A stretch of DNA of 45,193 nucleotides from Candidatus Saccharimonadota bacterium (lineage in GTDB: Bacteria > Patescibacteriota > Saccharimonadia > CAILAD01 > BJGX01): NCBI GenBank assembly GCA_037133995.1, contig JBAXNA010000002.1, forward strand, positions 1 to 45,193, given 5' to 3'. The notes beneath the pieces are model-generated. The model saw only the letters and a list, made by a program, of their open reading frames with translations. It made no database searches and was not told where the DNA came from. Shown one piece after another: positions 35,374 to 44,797 of the stretch (the stretch's first letter is position 1; every line of letters begins with the position of its first letter). The translations under genes were made by a program, and so were the position numbers.

Positions 35374-35403
35374 CGTGTTATGGTTGACGTATCCTTCTAT
35401 AAA

Positions 35404-35742
35404 CTACTCTACAGATAGAGACTCAAGTTTTTTTGCAGCCACAACATCGTCTATGGCTTTTGAATTGTTAGAGATTTCTTCAATAGTTTCGGTCTCTATT
35501 TTGGTCTTGAAAGCTTCATAGTCGTCGAATTTAGAGATAATATACGGCTCTATTTTATCATCTTTGCCGCCGTCGATAAGTACTTCTAGCTCTGCTAGGT
35601 CATCTTCACTAAGAGTTTCAGCGACTTTTAGCATTATTCTGGTACTCACAGAGTTAGCAAGCTTTTGCAAGAGCTCATCTTGGTCGCTTGGGGGTAAGTT
35701 TTCTATTTGTAGTTTTTTGACAATGTCATCTCGTGTAAGCAT
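35404..35742 (-). CDS. Small acidic hypothetical protein (112 aa)
   Basis: SD aaggaa, starting 18 bp after the stop of the 35761..37944 gene. Probably co-transcribed with it. Confidence 0.6.
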   Translation of the reverse strand: MLTRDDIVKKLQIENLPPSDQDELLQKLANSVSTRIMLKVAETLSEDDLAELEVLIDGGKDDKIEPYIISKFDDYEAFKTKIETETIEEISNNSKAIDDVVAAKKLESLSVE

Positions 35743-35760
35743 AGTGTTCCTTTATGGTGG

Positions 35761-37944
35761 TTATAATGGTGGCAGTATAGGTGTGGCGTTAATTCCATCT
35801 AGTGCAGCGTTAATACCCGCGTTAGTTGTGTATACTATTCCGCCTGGGCTTGTCATAGATTCTATTGCGCCATCACCGCCGCTCAAGCCGTTACCAACAA
35901 CTTTCCAGCCCATAGAAGTGGCCTTATTACCCAGTTCCATAATTTTTGGCGTGGCATCGCCACGACCCACTAGGCGTGCGAAATGTGTCCATGGGTAGCT
36001 ATTGTCAGTTCCAGTAAACGGTATCTCAGTTGGTGGTACATCAACATGTGGTGGTACATCAACATGTGGTGGTACATCAACATGTGGTGGTTCATCAACA
36101 TGTATCGGAGGCTTCGGTGGCTCTGGATGATCAACCAAAGCATGGGCTACAAAAGGTGCTGCAGCTAGGGCTGCACCTGCCACAAGCCCACCACGCTTGC
36201 TTCTACGTCTAGTGGTTGAGCCTTTTATGGCAGACTCAGTGTAGTCTTCTATGCTGGTATCTGCGCCGTGCTTGGCCAGGTCTCTGTTGACCTTCCACTC
36301 ACCACCGGCTCTTACGGCGTTGTAGCCACCAATTCCTCTTAGGGCTGTCTTGCCCGCTATAGCGATACCAATAAGAGGTGGGTTGGCAGTAAGAGTACCA
36401 ATTATGCCTAGGCCAATCATGCCTGCACTGGCAATAAGTCTAGCTTTAGGGTGTTTTTTGAGCCAGTTAGACATTTTGGCTAGTCTTGGGTGGTTTTTCT
36501 CACGCTCAGCAAGCATTGTAGCGTCTACACGAGTACGTACTTCAATAAGTTTTTCGGCTTTTTCTCTTTCAAATTTTTCATGTAGGGCGACTTTTTCATT
36601 AGCTATTAAGTCTTTATAGTTATTCATAAAAGCAATGTAGTCTTGCTGTTCTTGGATATCTGCTTCAAGCATTGGAGGTATTTGGTCTGCTGGTAGGCTA
36701 CGCATAGCAATAAGGGTTGCTAGCTTGTTGTTTGCCTGTGCAATGTATTGGTCTGCTGTTGCACTCCACTGGTCTAGCTCCCGCTCTCTATGCGCCATTA
36801 CTTCTGCCAATGCTTCAGACCACTGCTCGAATCTTTCGTGCAGCTCTTGCTGTTGTAATCTAAGCTGGGTTTCTTCTGCTCCACCAGAAAGCATCTTTTC
36901 TCGGCTGACTCTCGCTACAGCAAAGGCTTCAATAGAAAAGTCTAAATCTCGGGTGCTCATCTCAAAAGCAATTTCGGCAGGGTTTCTAGGCTCACCGTCT
37001 TGTGGTGGTTCTAAGACTTCTGGCGGGCCTGGAGGTGTAGGTGTTTCATCATCTATTCTGTAGGGTTCTTGCCCCATGCCACCAGGAAGGTCTGGGTCTT
37101 CTGGTAAAGCAGGTCTGTAGCCAGGGCCTGGTTCTGGTGTAGCAGGCGGATTTACAGTGGTAGGCTCAACCGGGCCAGGCTCAACAGGAACTGGCTCAAC
37201 CGGGCCAGGCCCAACAGGAGTTGGCTCAACCGGCGGCAAGTCTTGTGGGCCGTGTACAACATTAGATGGTGTGTTATCGCCGCCCTCTTGGCTTTGTGTC
37301 CCACCGTTTAGATGAATGTTAATCTCGGAGCTATTTGTATTAGTACTAGTAGGGCCACCAACAGATACAGTTGGGCTTGAAGTAGAAGTAGAGCTAGATG
37401 TAGATGTAGTAGAAGAGTTGCTAGTAGTACCGGCCTTAGCTGTTTTAGTGGTAGCATCAACATCATCTTTTTCTTCGGTATCGTTGGTGGTTTCTACCAA
37501 TGGCTGTGGTGGTAGATTGTCTCGAATATCACTAGCATTGGCAGCAATAACGTCCATATTGTCTTTAGAGATAAATTGACCGCCAGATCTTTTGCCAGAA
37601 ACATTAAGTTGCTTGGGTTCGTGACCACGGCCGTTTTTGTCTATATCTACTAAGTCTTCTATGCCTTGAGGGTCTTTATCTGGAGTGGTGGAGTCTTGCT
37701 TAACAAGCTCAGCAATACGTGCGTCTTTGGTAAAACTCTCGGCCGCAGCAACTACAGCAGCCGCTTTTAGATCTGCTACCTCGCGTGTGAGCTCAGCAAT
37801 GGTTGCTTTGTCACCCGACTCAACAGCTTCTTTTGATTTACCGCCCTCTATTATGTCTTTGAGTTCTTTATTTAGTGAAGATGCTTCTGGTGGAGGTGGT
37901 GGTGGGCCTTGTACTTCTGGAGATGCTGTATTTACTGTTGTCAT
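35761..37944 (-). CDS. Large ORFan membrane protein with Ser/Thr-rich, Pro-rich, coiled-coil, TM, PPHVDV-repeat and C-terminal globular regions
   Basis: The ATG at 37944 is preceded by aaggaaaact. The longer ORF reaching 38031 would begin inside the predicted -35 box. TM segments include LIASAGMIGLGIIGTL and GGLVAGAALAAAPFVAHALV. Confidence 0.7.
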   Translation of the reverse strand: MTTVNTASPEVQGPPPPPPEASSLNKELKDIIEGGKSKEAVESGDKATIAELTREVADLKAAAVVAAAESFTKDARIAELVKQDSTTPDKDPQGIEDLVDIDKNGRGHEPKQLNVSGKRSGGQFISKDNMDVIAANASDIRDNLPPQPLVETTNDTEEKDDVDATTKTAKAGTTSNSSTTSTSSSTSTSSPTVSVGGPTSTNTNSSEINIHLNGGTQSQEGGDNTPSNVVHGPQDLPPVEPTPVGPGPVEPVPVEPGPVEPTTVNPPATPEPGPGYRPALPEDPDLPGGMGQEPYRIDDETPTPPGPPEVLEPPQDGEPRNPAEIAFEMSTRDLDFSIEAFAVARVSREKMLSGGAEETQLRLQQQELHERFEQWSEALAEVMAHRERELDQWSATADQYIAQANNKLATLIAMRSLPADQIPPMLEADIQEQQDYIAFMNNYKDLIANEKVALHEKFEREKAEKLIEVRTRVDATMLAEREKNHPRLAKMSNWLKKHPKARLIASAGMIGLGIIGTLTANPPLIGIAIAGKTALRGIGGYNAVRAGGEWKVNRDLAKHGADTSIEDYTESAIKGSTTRRRSKRGGLVAGAALAAAPFVAHALVDHPEPPKPPIHVDEPPHVDVPPHVDVPPHVDVPPTEIPFTGTDNSYPWTHFARLVGRGDATPKIMELGNKATSMGWKVVGNGLSGGDGAIESMTSPGGIVYTTNAGINAALDGINATPILPPL
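36031..36102. repeat. 18-bp in-frame tandem repeat, 4 copies (tggtggtacatcaacatg)
   Basis: Three identical copies plus one with a single substitution, encoding (PPHVDV)x4. Confidence 0.9.
37163..37234. repeat. 30-bp in-frame tandem repeat, about 2.4 copies
   Basis: ggctcaaccgggccaggcYcaacaggaRYt, encoding PVEPGPVEP-type units. Confidence 0.75.
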
Positions 37945-38001
37945 AGTTTTCCTTATGTGGCGTGAACTTACACTAATTAGATATTTAAGCTTATGCTTAG
38001 T

Positions 38002-38031
38002 AGTATAAATGAGAAAGTGGTATAGCGTCAA
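38002..38031 (-). promoter_or_regulatory. Candidate promoter of the 35761..37944 gene
   Basis: On the minus strand: TTGACG (38031..38026), an 18-nt spacer, then TATACT (38007..38002). Confidence 0.4.
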
Positions 38032-38146
38032 GAGTTATAGGAAATAAAAATATGTGTCATAGAATAGTGAGAGAAAATACTTCATAACGTAATTATTTTT
38101 GTGGTAGTCAGCGTAGAAAAAAACTATCTATAGTGCAAGTGCAGCT

Positions 38147-40762
38147 CTAGCGTTTCTTCTTCTTTTTAGATTTTGACTTTCTAATTGGCGCTAGCTTAAC
38201 AGGTCCTCTGGCATCAAGGCCAGATGCTTTAGTTTTCCTAGACTTACTAGACTTCTTGGTAGTTACTGCTGGCCCTTCTGAGGCGCCCATACTTGTAGCG
38301 TACTTAGCACCTTCTGTGATCTCAGTTTTTGGGGCTTCTATAGGGGTTTCTTCTTGAAACTGCACCTTAAATATCGTGGTGGCTATTTCTGCAGACATAC
38401 CGGCCTGAAGCTGCTTGAAAAGTCTAAATGCTTCAGATTTGTATTCTACTAGCGGGTCACGCTGGCCATAGCCACGCAGACCTATGCCATCACGCAAATG
38501 ATCCATTGTTTCTAGGTGTTGTAGCCAAGCTGAATCAACTACCTTAAGACTCACTAGCTTGTCTATAAGACGCATTGTTTCGCTACCAAAATGTTTTTCA
38601 CGGGCCTCGTATTCGCTAGTTGCTAGCTCCACAAGATTGCGCACCAGCTCTTCTGGGGCTTTAATTTTGAGATTTTTTGCCCAATCACTTGGCAAAGGCA
38701 AGACAGTATGGGCAGACTTCTCGACTTCTTCTAGCTCTACGGAGCCGGTGCTTGAGTTGGTATGGCTACTCACAATAAGCCCAAATTCTTGTTTAATTGA
38801 GTCTAAAACTTCTTCGCGTAGTAGCTTAGACTGCAAGAAATTGCGTCTTTTGGTGTATATTATCTCTCGCTGTGAGTTCATTACATCGTCATACTCGACT
38901 AAGTGCTTGCGAATATCAAAATTATGACCTTCTACTCGCTTTTGGGCTGTTTCTAGAGAGCGAGTTATCATTTTGTTCTCTATTGGGGTGTCTTCTGGAA
39001 CGTTTAGGGTGTTCATGAGGCTGGCAATTCTATCACCACCAAAAACTCTCATAAGATCATCTTCTACACTTACATAAAACTGCGTTGAGCCTTCGTCGCC
39101 CTGTCTACCAGCTCTACCTCGCAACTGATTGTCTATACGTCGAGACTCGTGACGCTCGGTACCCACCACGTGCAAGCCACCTAGCTTCTTGGCTTCATCA
39201 TCTAACACGATGTCCGTACCGCGCCCAGCGATATTTGTAGCAAGAGTGACGGCACCTTTTGAGCCCGCAGCAGCAACTATCTCGGCTTCTGTCTCGTTAT
39301 TTTTGGCATTTAGTAGCTGATGGTTGATTCCAGCTTTTCTAAGCATTGCACTAAGCTGTTCGTTTTTATCAATGCTTACGGTACCTATTAAGATAGGCTG
39401 GCCTTTGCTATGACGCTCTGCGACATCTGCAACAACAGCTTGGAATTTACCAATTTCAGACTGATAAATACGGTCTGGCAAATCTTTTCTAACCATTGGC
39501 ATGTGAGTAGGAACTTGAGTAACTTCAAGCTCGTAAATCTTAGCAAATTCTTCGGCTTCTGTTAGGGCTGTACCTGTCATACCAGCTAGCTTAGTGTAGA
39601 GTCGAAACAGATTTTGAAAAGTTATTGTTGCTAGAGTTTGGCTTTCAGCTTGAATCTGAACTCCTTCTTTGGCTTCTATGGCCTGGTGGAGGCCCTCAGA
39701 ATAGCGGCGGCCTGGCAACATTCTACCTGTGAATTCGTCTACAATCACAATCTCGCCTTCTGGCGTCACAACGTAGTCACGATCTCGCAAAAAAAGTGCC
39801 TCAGCCTTTAGGGCGGCTTCTACGTGGTGAACATCTTCTATTTGCCCGGCTTCATAGATATTTTCAAGGCCTAGGGCTTTTTCTACCTTGGTGATTCCTT
39901 CTTCATTGAGGCTGACTGATTTTTGTTTGTCATCTACCGCGTAGTCTTTTTCGGCCACTAGAGTCTTGGCGATTGTTGCAAAATTATAGTAGCGATCGGT
40001 GCTTTTGCCAGCTGGCTGAGAGATAATAAGTGGCGTTCGAGCCTCGTCAATTAAAATAGAGTCAACTTCATCAACAATTGCAAAGTTTAGGCCGCGCTGT
40101 ACCATTTGTTCGTATTCTTGCACCATGTTGTCACGCAAGTAGTCAAAACCAAATTCGTTATTTGTGCCATAGGTGATGTCTGCTTGGTAGGCTTCTTTGC
40201 GGGTAACTGGCTTAAGATGCTTAAGCCTTTTGTCGTGATGTGAGTCATCTACAAAATCTGGGTCAAATATAAATGCCGAATCATGCATAATCACGCCTGT
40301 TGAGAGGCCAAGAAAATGATAAATCTGAGCCATCCAGCCGGCATCACGACGAGCTAGATAGTCGTTGACTGTGATTAGGTGAGTGCCCTTACCGGTAAGA
40401 GCATTTAGATATAGGGGAGCAGTAGCCACTAAGGTTTTGCCTTCACCAGTGCGCATTTCTGCAATTGCGCCACCGTGCAATACAACACCACCAACCAGCT
40501 GAACATCAAAATGGCGCATTTTAAGAACCCTTTTACTCGCTTCACGCACAACCGCAAAGGCTTCTTCTAGTAGGCTGTCGACAGTCTCTGGCTTGGTCTT
40601 GCTACTAAGTCGCTTTTTAAACTCTTGGGTCTTGGCTTGCAGCTGAGCATCACTAAGCCCGGCCACTGAATCTTCAAGTGAGTTGATACGGTCTACTCTA
40701 AGCTGAGCTTTTTTTACTTCGCGAGTGTTTGGGTCGCCAAAAATTTTGGTTATAAATGACAT
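38147..40762 (-). CDS. secA: Preprotein translocase ATPase SecA
   Basis: MRTGEGKTL Walker A and [17 protein letters not shown]. The start at 40762 (MSFITKIFG) is preferred because the alternative ATG at 40771 lies inside a TATAAT box. Confidence 0.95.
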   Translation of the reverse strand: MSFITKIFGDPNTREVKKAQLRVDRINSLEDSVAGLSDAQLQAKTQEFKKRLSSKTKPETVDSLLEEAFAVVREASKRVLKMRHFDVQLVGGVVLHGGAIAEMRTGEGKTLVATAPLYLNALTGKGTHLITVNDYLARRDAGWMAQIYHFLGLSTGVIMHDSAFIFDPDFVDDSHHDKRLKHLKPVTRKEAYQADITYGTNNEFGFDYLRDNMVQEYEQMVQRGLNFAIVDEVDSILIDEARTPLIISQPAGKSTDRYYNFATIAKTLVAEKDYAVDDKQKSVSLNEEGITKVEKALGLENIYEAGQIEDVHHVEAALKAEALFLRDRDYVVTPEGEIVIVDEFTGRMLPGRRYSEGLHQAIEAKEGVQIQAESQTLATITFQNLFRLYTKLAGMTGTALTEAEEFAKIYELEVTQVPTHMPMVRKDLPDRIYQSEIGKFQAVVADVAERHSKGQPILIGTVSIDKNEQLSAMLRKAGINHQLLNAKNNETEAEIVAAAGSKGAVTLATNIAGRGTDIVLDDEAKKLGGLHVVGTERHESRRIDNQLRGRAGRQGDEGSTQFYVSVEDDLMRVFGGDRIASLMNTLNVPEDTPIENKMITRSLETAQKRVEGHNFDIRKHLVEYDDVMNSQREIIYTKRRNFLQSKLLREEVLDSIKQEFGLIVSSHTNSSTGSVELEEVEKSAHTVLPLPSDWAKNLKIKAPEELVRNLVELATSEYEAREKHFGSETMRLIDKLVSLKVVDSAWLQHLETMDHLRDGIGLRGYGQRDPLVEYKSEAFRLFKQLQAGMSAEIATTIFKVQFQEETPIEAPKTEITEGAKYATSMGASEGPAVTTKKSSKSRKTKASGLDARGPVKLAPIRKSKSKKKKKR

Positions 40763-40769
40763 AATTATC

Positions 40770-40778
40770 ATTATAGCA
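40770..40778 (-). promoter_or_regulatory. Extended -10 (TGCTATAAT) 7 nt upstream of the secA ATG; candidate leaderless promoter
   Basis: The reverse complement of 40763..40778 reads TGCTATAATgataatt followed by ATG. Confidence 0.4.
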
Positions 40779-40831
40779 GAAAAAAGTCTTATTTTTGGGG
40801 TATTTTTAAGCCCTAGCTAGCAAATAACTTA

Positions 40832-41194
40832 CTAGATCTCATCTGTTCTTACACGAGACCAGAGCTCTTTGACTCGGTTCCTCTTGGGAGTATGCTTGTC
40901 TTTGTACTTTCTAATTTGAAGCTTAAGCTTTTGCTCAACAATATCAACTGCTGAATGAGCGTTAATGGTGGCAGTTTCGGCTACTATTTCGGCCTTAGGT
41001 ACTTCTAGAACTGCAGTGACCTTGTATCTGTTGTCTTCTTTGCCCGAAGGGTCTCTAAAAATTTCCACATTCATACCCACTGCCTTGTGCTGTCGTGGTA
41101 GGTATTTATCAAGAGTGCCTAGCTTGCGCTCGACATACTTTTTGAGCTCGTTATCTATTTCTAGCTTTCTACCGGTGAGTTGAATTTTTATCAT
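40832..41194 (-). CDS. hpf: Ribosome hibernation promoting factor / RaiA family (short form)
   Basis: 120 aa with sigma54-modulation/S30AE-type sequence (IQLTGRKLEIDNELKKYVERKL). SD ggagg. Confidence 0.8.
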   Translation of the reverse strand: MIKIQLTGRKLEIDNELKKYVERKLGTLDKYLPRQHKAVGMNVEIFRDPSGKEDNRYKVTAVLEVPKAEIVAETATINAHSAVDIVEQKLKLQIRKYKDKHTPKRNRVKELWSRVRTDEI

Positions 41195-41244
41195 CTTTTA
41201 GTTGGCCTCCATAGTTATTTTTTATAGGGTTGGGTTGTCAAAAA

Positions 41245-42468
41245 TTATAGCTTTTCTGAGCCATAGTAGCTCTGCAGGGCAGTTGGTAGATTAATGCTAC
41301 CGTCTGGCTGCTGGTGGTTTTCTAGAATTGCTATAAGAGTACGGCTACTGGTGGCCGCAGTGCCATTTAAGGTATGCACAAAATCAAGCTTTTTGTCATT
41401 ATTACGATAGCGAATATTGAGATTGCGCGCCTGATAGCTAGTACAGTCGCTACAGCTGGTAAGCTCACGGTACTGATCTGCCACTGGGCTATAATACTCA
41501 ATATCATATTTTTTGTAAGCAGGTGCGCTCAAGTCGCCGCTGGCTATTCTTACTACTCTGTAAGGTATCTCTAGGGCCTGACAAATTTTTTCTTCTAGGG
41601 CAAGTATTTTTTCAAGCTCGGCCTCACTATTGCTTGGTGAAGTGTAGCTATACATCTCTATTTTTTCAAATTGGTGAACTCGGTAGAGACCACTACTAAA
41701 TTTTCCATAAGCTCCCGCTTCGAGTCTGTAGCAGGGGCTAATACCAGCGTAGCGAAGTGGCTTTGAGACATCAATCTCGTCGTCTTTGTGGTAGCCAGTG
41801 AGCGGTAGCTCTGCAGTTGCAATCATCACTAAGTCTTGTTTGCTGTCTACGTAGTTTTGGCTTTCTTCGCCCTTTGGTAAAAAACCAGTGCCTTCGGCTA
41901 CACTAGAAGAGACCATATGCGGTACCATCATTAGCTCATGGCCAGAGTCGAGTAATATATCTTCTACTAAGTGGCTTACCGCTCGCCATAGTAGTACAGC
42001 CTTAGTTTTTAGAAAATAAAACTTAGCACCAGAAACCTTGGCTCCAGCTTCAAAATTTATAAGATCATGTAGGTCTGAGAGCTCAACGTGGTCTTTGGCT
42101 TCAAAGTCTAGGCCTGGCTTGCCCCAGTTTTTTTCCTCGCGACTGTTCTCTTCGCCGCCATCTGGAGTATCGGGAGCTATAAAATTTGGTACTTGCGATA
42201 AGAGGTCTTGGTACTGGACTGTTATAGCGCTTAGTTCGGCACTAACTTTTTCAAACTCTTTTTTGGTGGCCTGAAGTGCTTCTAGCTCTTGATCGGTAGG
42301 CTTACCTGCAGGCTTTAGTTTAGATCTGAGGGCTTCGGCCTGCTGAGCAAGAACAATTCTTTTTTGATCTAGAGAGCTAAGACTATTTATGTCTATCTTG
42401 AGCCCCCGCCGAGTTATACTGTCTTCTACAGCAGTAGGGTTTTCGCGCAGCAGCTTAATGTCTATCAT
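41245..42468 (-). CDS. serS: Seryl-tRNA synthetase
   Basis: N-terminal coiled-coil arm and class II motif 2 (GLYRVHQFEKIE), 407 aa. Confidence 0.93.
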   Translation of the reverse strand: MIDIKLLRENPTAVEDSITRRGLKIDINSLSSLDQKRIVLAQQAEALRSKLKPAGKPTDQELEALQATKKEFEKVSAELSAITVQYQDLLSQVPNFIAPDTPDGGEENSREEKNWGKPGLDFEAKDHVELSDLHDLINFEAGAKVSGAKFYFLKTKAVLLWRAVSHLVEDILLDSGHELMMVPHMVSSSVAEGTGFLPKGEESQNYVDSKQDLVMIATAELPLTGYHKDDEIDVSKPLRYAGISPCYRLEAGAYGKFSSGLYRVHQFEKIEMYSYTSPSNSEAELEKILALEEKICQALEIPYRVVRIASGDLSAPAYKKYDIEYYSPVADQYRELTSCSDCTSYQARNLNIRYRNNDKKLDFVHTLNGTAATSSRTLIAILENHQQPDGSINLPTALQSYYGSEKL

Positions 42469-43991
42469 TTGCTGTCCTCACTTGAGATTTCAAACTCTTG
42501 AGAGTCTATTTCTTCTGGTCTTAGGGTAGGAAAAAGTATCACGTCTTTAATGGCGGGCTGATCACACAAAAATGACACAAATCTGTCTATGCCCATACCC
42601 CAGCCAGCTGTAGGCGGCATACCAATCTCTAGGGCTCTAATAAAATCATAGTCTACTGGCTGGGCTTCATCGCTTTGACCACTTTCTAGTACAGCTTGTT
42701 CGACCTGCATTCTCTCTAGCTGGTCAATTGGGTCATTGACTTCGTTATAGGCTTTTATTAACTCAAAACCAGCACAAACCAGCTGCATGCTAGCTATCAA
42801 ATGAGGCGAGTTGGCTTTTCTTTTGGCTAGTGGAATCATTTCGGCCGGGTAGTCTGTCAAGAAAATAGGTGCAACAATACCAACTCTACAGGTCTCTTTG
42901 TAGAATTCGTCTAGCAAGTCTTTCATAGGTGGGTCGTTTTTGAGCTCTATCTTGAGTTTACGATTTTTGATTTCTTCAATAAGCTGAGACTTAGAAACTT
43001 TTTCAATGTCTACGCTAGTCTCGCGAAGTACTAAATCACGCAAAGTAATGCGCTCATAAGGCGGCGTGAAGTCTAGCTCTTGGCCTTGGTAGGTTATTTT
43101 GAGCTGGCCATGAGTGGCCATGAGAACTTCTGAGATAAGCTGTTCGGTGAGTGTCATTAGATCTTCATAGTCGGCGTAGGCCCAATAAAATTCCAGCATA
43201 GTAAACTCTGGGTTATGACTTCTGTCTATTCCTTCGTTGCGAAAGTCTCTGGCAAATTCAAAAACGCGCTCAAAGCCGGCTACCACGGCTCGCTTAAGAT
43301 AAAGCTCGTTGCTAATACGCAAGTACAAATCAGACTCTAGCTTGTGGTGATAAGTAGTAAAAGGTCTAGCACTGCCACCTCCGTAGAGGGGCTGCAATAC
43401 GGGCGTTTCAAGCTCAATAAAACCTCTGCCTATCATAAACTGACGCATAGCCTCAGTGACTTTTGAGCGCAGCTCTATGTGGGCTTTCACCTGTGGATTG
43501 ATATGTAGGTCTATATAGCGCTGTCGGTAGCGTTTTTCAACGTCTTTGAAGCCGTCATGCACATCTGGCAATGGACGCAGACTTTTACTTAGAAGCATTA
43601 GCTCAGTTGTGAATACACTAGCCTCGCCCCTCTGGGTTTTACCAAGAGTACCGTTTATCTGCACAAAATCACCGGCGTCTAGCAATCTAAGCTGCTTGAA
43701 GTCTAGCTGATTTAGCTTGGGGTCTGCTGTGAAAGATTTTTTGTTAATTACAGCTTGAATCTTGCCAGATTCGTCAGTAACATCAATAAAACACATTCCG
43801 CCCATTAGTCTAATGCTAGTGATTCTACCTAGGGCAGAGACATTTGACTCGGCTTTTGATTCGGCATTATCTACCAAGACTTTGTTGGTATCTGTTCGCT
43901 TGGCCGATTGCGGGTAGGGGTCTATACCAGCTTGCCTTAGGGCTGTTAGTTTACGGATTCTCTCATCTCTTAGTTCTTTTATGTTTGCCAT
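42465..43991 (-). CDS. lysS: Lysyl-tRNA synthetase (class II)
   Basis: OB-fold N-terminus and FRNEGIDRSHNPEFTMLEFY motif 2. The stop overlaps the serS start by 4 bp. Confidence 0.93.
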   Translation of the reverse strand: MANIKELRDERIRKLTALRQAGIDPYPQSAKRTDTNKVLVDNAESKAESNVSALGRITSIRLMGGMCFIDVTDESGKIQAVINKKSFTADPKLNQLDFKQLRLLDAGDFVQINGTLGKTQRGEASVFTTELMLLSKSLRPLPDVHDGFKDVEKRYRQRYIDLHINPQVKAHIELRSKVTEAMRQFMIGRGFIELETPVLQPLYGGGSARPFTTYHHKLESDLYLRISNELYLKRAVVAGFERVFEFARDFRNEGIDRSHNPEFTMLEFYWAYADYEDLMTLTEQLISEVLMATHGQLKITYQGQELDFTPPYERITLRDLVLRETSVDIEKVSKSQLIEEIKNRKLKIELKNDPPMKDLLDEFYKETCRVGIVAPIFLTDYPAEMIPLAKRKANSPHLIASMQLVCAGFELIKAYNEVNDPIDQLERMQVEQAVLESGQSDEAQPVDYDFIRALEIGMPPTAGWGMGIDRFVSFLCDQPAIKDVILFPTLRPEEIDSQEFEISSEDSK

Positions 43992-43998
43992 TGAGCTT

Positions 43999-44004
43999 AT
44001 TATA
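43999..44004 (-). promoter_or_regulatory. -10 box (TATAAT) 7 nt upstream of the lysS ATG; candidate leaderless promoter
   Basis: The reverse complement of 43992..44004 reads TATAATaagctca followed by ATG. No SD is present. Confidence 0.4.
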
Positions 44005-44079
44005 CTAGGAAAATGCCAAAAACTACACTATATTTGCATGAAGTAAGTAGACTTTCTAAGTGGTGTCACTCTAGCACTA

Positions 44080-44132
44080 AAAAAGCACTCGCGCTGCATT
44101 GCCGATAAGCAGCAAAATAGTGAGTGCTTTTT
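44080..44132 (-). terminator. Intrinsic terminator after greA
   Basis: aaaaaGCACTC...GCTGC-loop-GCAGC...GAGTGCttttt, a long composite hairpin with a U-run on the minus strand. Confidence 0.7.
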
Positions 44133-44138
44133 AAAAAA

Positions 44139-44600
44139 CTAAACTAGTTTTGTGATCTTGTAAGTAATGGTACCAGCTGGTACTTCAACGCTTGCAGTAT
44201 CGCCAACTTTTTTGCCAAGAAGAGCCTTACCAATAGGTGATTCGTCTGATATCTTACCGGCATCAGGGTTTGCTTCAGTGCTACCGACGATTTGAAAAAC
44301 TTGATTACCATCATCTAGATCGACATATACCTGAGAACCAACGCTTACAGACTGGCCATCGCCTTTTTTGATAGGCTTAGCTCTTTTTAGAATATTATCT
44401 ATTTCAGTGATGCGACCTTCTATGAAAGCCTGTCTAGATTTAGCGTCATCCCAGCTAGAGTTCTCGCTTAAATCACCAAAATCTTTTGCTTCTTTTAGGG
44501 CGCTGGCAACTTGCTTGCGCTTGTTGGTTTTAAGATCTTCAAGCTCTGCCTGAAGGTCTTTAATACCTTCTGGTGTTAGGTAAAAATCGTTTTGTGTCAT
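44139..44600 (-). CDS. greA: Transcription elongation factor GreA
   Basis: 153 aa with an N-terminal coiled coil carrying the acidic tip (DLSENSSWDDAK) and a C-terminal FKBP-like domain. Confidence 0.92.
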   Translation of the reverse strand: MTQNDFYLTPEGIKDLQAELEDLKTNKRKQVASALKEAKDFGDLSENSSWDDAKSRQAFIEGRITEIDNILKRAKPIKKGDGQSVSVGSQVYVDLDDGNQVFQIVGSTEANPDAGKISDESPIGKALLGKKVGDTASVEVPAGTITYKITKLV

Positions 44601-44797
44601 TGTGTTAAATTGCCTTATATTATTGTTATATTCTCAAGAAAAATGACCCGCAACTTATGAAGCTTCATAAGGGCTTAGGTCGTTCTCAAGCGATAGACGG
44701 TAAATGTCATTCGTTTGTTTTTATTCTCTCAAATACGCGAGCTAGTGTCAAGCCTTGTTGGGCTAATTATTGTGCTTTTTTGCAGACTTTCAGCTAC

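Noticed and set aside
35850-35990. RGD tripeptide (VGRGDATP) in the C-terminal domain of the large ORFan as an integrin-type adhesion motif
   Set aside because: A single tripeptide is expected by chance in a 727-aa protein, and there is no supporting context.
36031-36102. Possible CRISPR-like array (short direct repeats)
   Set aside because: The 18-bp units are contiguous with no spacers and lie in-frame within a CDS, encoding PPHVDV. This is a coding tandem repeat, not a CRISPR array.
37945-38031. Longer N-terminus for the large ORFan (start at 38031)
   Set aside because: The extension would begin inside the predicted -35 box and has no RBS. The ATG at 37944 follows aaggaaaact.
32048-38031. 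Prophage or integrative element interpretation of the ORFan block
   Set aside because: No integrase, terminase, capsid, portal or tail-like proteins are recognisable, and no flanking direct repeats were found. The compositional anomaly is kept as a finding without a mobile-element call.
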